From: Isurus oxyrinchus
Taxonomy: Eukaryota
NCBI GenBank assembly: GCA_026770705.1
Contig: JANJGN010000026.1
Span: 29,822,001 to 29,886,000, forward strand
Direction: 5' to 3'
DNA length: 64,000 bases
Shown: positions 61,221-64,000 of the stretch, piece after piece
Layout of the letters: the number at the start of each line of letters is the position of its first letter
Position numbering within the stretch: the first letter of the stretch is position 1
Position numbers and translations under genes: made by a program
The notes under the pieces: model-generated
Told to the model about the DNA's origin: nothing
What the model saw: the letters and a program-made list of their open reading frames with translations, nothing else
Databases searched by the model: none

Positions 61221-62442
61221 CACTCAAGAATGAAATCCAGGTTGGATTCATTATGACAAGGTCTGTGACCGCTTACTGATGTAGCCTCTGGAAATCCAGA
61301 GCATAAGCAGAGAGCAGGCATAAAAATGTAGATTGCAGGCACTAGTGTGGAGGGTCACATGCTATGTGTGGGAGGAGGGTCGCAGCTTTTGATATGTGGC
61401 TATAGTGCAGGGTGCTCAGAAAAGCGATTGGTGGCCAGAAGGACAAATAAGTGGGTTAGATCAAGTGTAGAATTTCGGGCCAGGCAACTTCTGTCGCCAT
61501 TCAGTAGGGTCATGGATGATTGCAACCCCACCTCCACTTCCCTGCCTGCCCTTTCACCCATTGCCACACATGTAACTCATGCTGCCCACTTCCGGTCTGA
61601 CCTCTCTGTCCTCAGCCTGCATCATTGTGTCAATGAAGTGCTGCGGAGGCTGCTGGAACAGCGCCCCATCTTTCAATTAAGTCCGTTACAGATGTTAGAG
61701 GCATACATGAGAGAGAAGTGAATGTACAGATAATTAAAATGGAGCACGCTCATGTGGAGCATATACACCAGCACTGACCAGCTACACTGACCTACCAGTT
61801 TCTGTGTGGTTAATTCTAAATAAAGAAAACATGACGACTGACAGAATGATCACATTCGGCCCGGTAAAAGGCGATCAGTTCACGAAAAGTTAAGTGGCAT
61901 CAAATGAGTGAAGTGCAATTTTAACAAAAGGATATTTTCCACAAACATTCACTCCCTCCACCACCGATGCACAGTGGCAGCAGTGTGTGTACCTTCTACA
62001 AGATGCACTGCAGGAGCTCCCCAATGCCCCTCAAACTGCACCTACGGCACCCACGACTGCTACCATTTAGAAGGGTAAGGGGAGATGATGGATCGGAACA
62101 TCACCACCTGGAATTTCCCCTCCAAGTCACGAACCATCCTGACTTGGAAATGTATTAGCCGTTCCTTCACTGTCGCTAACAGCACTGTGCGAGTACCTAC
62201 ACCACATAGACTGCAGCAATTCAAGAAGACAGCTCACCACCCCCTTCTCAAGGGGAAATTAAGGATGGGCAATAAAATGCTGGCTTAGCCAGCGACGCCC
62301 ATTTCCATAAATGAATTAATAATGAACAGAATGCAATTTTCGTATCATGTATTAAATGTCACAGCTTGCCTGTTTTATATCTTGGTATTATTGACATGTA
62401 AGTTTTGCTTCCATCTCAAAAGATCTTATATGTTTCTTTAAC

Positions 62443-63572
62443 TGCTGTCGAGTATACATCACGATTCGGGAACAAACAATTGAGACCTACATTGGGAGAA
62501 CATATAAGGTCCTTCGCCAAAAGGGTTGCTGAGCACTGTGTTTGTGTGTGTGTGTGTGAGAGAGAGAGAGAAATAAAAGATAGCTAAGTAGTGATATTGG
62601 AAACGAAGACCCTGCAGCTCTGTCCTGGTAACAATTAAAGGAGAAATCATGGGTAAGGTTTGAAGAGGAGGATGAAAAATTGGCTGGATGATTAACATTG
62701 AGATGTGGACTGAGGGAGAGTTGAAGGCAGCCAGAGAAGAAGCCAGGTAATGCCAACAGTTCTACCGAGGTGTATGGTGAATGAATGGTTTTGTTCTGTC
62801 ATCCCCCTGTCTGTAAATGCCTAGCTTGCTGCTTTAATCTTCCATTACCACTCAACATTATTTCATGTTATATTGCCACTGAATGCCTCCTGTTCCCGCC
62901 ATCTAAAGAGGGAAATCAGGGTGCATCATGGCTTGGCCAAGTTGCGGATTTAAGTTATAAAATGTCTGCAGTTAAAAAGAAATGAAGAAAACTAGAATGA
63001 ATTGAACTTTTGGCCAGGCCCGAAGGTTAAAGACCAGCCTATGGGTCATTGCATGATACAGGTAAAGGAATGTGACCATTGGGTCAGGATAAGCAAGTTG
63101 ACGAATGGCCTGTGAGTTATACTGCAATAAACTGGGTTGCTTAAGCTCAGGGCCGAGCTGAGATACTAGGATGAATTAGCACAGTAGCAAACTATCAGGA
63201 TAGATAAGCAAGGGTTAAGGTTTAGGGTGACCTCTGAACAATGCTTTGTGCTAAAGGTCAGGTCATTTCGTGATTGTTTTACAGATTCCTCCACCAGAAG
63301 TGGGGTCACCGTGGAGTCATTCCCTGTTTAAGTTGTAAGCTCATTTGTAATTAAGGATGCAACAATTAGACAAGATGAGAACATTGTGAGCTAATGAGGA
63401 AATACCTAAAAAAATTGTATAAAAATCTGACAGAAACTGTGCAACTTAGAATTGACCTTAGAGCATTCTGAAAGAGCACTTCTCTTGTGTACACTTGTAC
63501 TAAATAAAGATCTGCTACTGAACCTACCTACAACAGACTCTGTGTCGAGTGTTCTTTAGCTGCACCACAACA
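62443..63572 (+). mobile_element. Possible solo LTR
   Basis: TATAAAA near 63418, AATAAA near 63503, ends ..CACAACA; no TSD found and the 5' boundary is uncertain. Confidence 0.3.
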
Positions 63573-64000
63573 CCATCACAGACCTGCCGTTTTGTCTTTC
63601 CTATCCCACCCGCGTTTTTTATTTCCTCTTACTCTGTATTTGTTCCCTCTTTAAAGGGGGAGATAGTGGTCATGCTCTGTGACTGTCACAAGGCTAGATA
63701 TCCCGTGACCTGAGGACATGCACTCAAACTCTTCCAGGGCGTCTGAATTTAGATTCAATTCATTATAAAGCAACCGGGATTAAAGGCTCGTCTCGGCAAT
63801 GGTGACAAGAAACCCATTTAGTTCACTTTCATTTTTTATTCGTTCATGGGATGTGTGCGTCACTGGCTCAGCAAACATTTATTGGCCACCCTAATTGTCC
63901 CTGTTCAGAGGGGATTTAAGAGTCAACCACATTGCTGTGGGTCTGGAGTCACATGTAGGCCAGACTAGAGCAGGTAAGGACGGAAGCATTCCTTCCTTAA

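Noticed and set aside
1-64000. Prokaryotic systems (CRISPR, operons), TCR/Ig constant exons, RAG genes
   Set aside because: The sequence is intron- and retroelement-rich vertebrate DNA; no such arrays, C1-set exons or recombinase ORFs were seen

Overview
Eukaryotic genomic DNA, almost certainly from a cartilaginous fish (shark-type CR1/L2/RTE LINEs, Penelope elements and vNAR-like V domain). Bases 1-18.5 kb hold a C2H2 zinc-finger gene cluster. From about 19.6 kb the window becomes an antigen-receptor (TCR alpha/delta-type) V region that the ORF track largely misses. On the + strand there is an apparently intact NAR-TCR cassette: leader (20163-20205), IgNAR-like V (20352-20650), J (21033-21085) and a leaderless supporting TCR-delta V (28657-28962), with one extra Cys in each V domain. 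Unusually, the NAR-like V ends in a 12-bp-spacer RSS that faces the J's 23-RSS with no free D between them, which suggests the D is already fused to V in the germline. On the - strand are a 12/23 D segment, TCR-type and IgH-type V pseudogenes and an orphan leader. At 50902 a perfect 23-RSS, paralogous to the supporting-V RSS, has no V exon and is joined head-to-head (GTGCAC) to an inverted copy of its own downstream flank; this is a candidate fossil RAG signal joint fixed in the germline. Also present: a GPR139-like first exon, Penelope elements with TSDs and minimal hammerhead motifs, a 5'-inverted RTE LINE, and four assembly gaps. No J-delta or C exon is visible. Family assignments are from motif recognition, not database searches.
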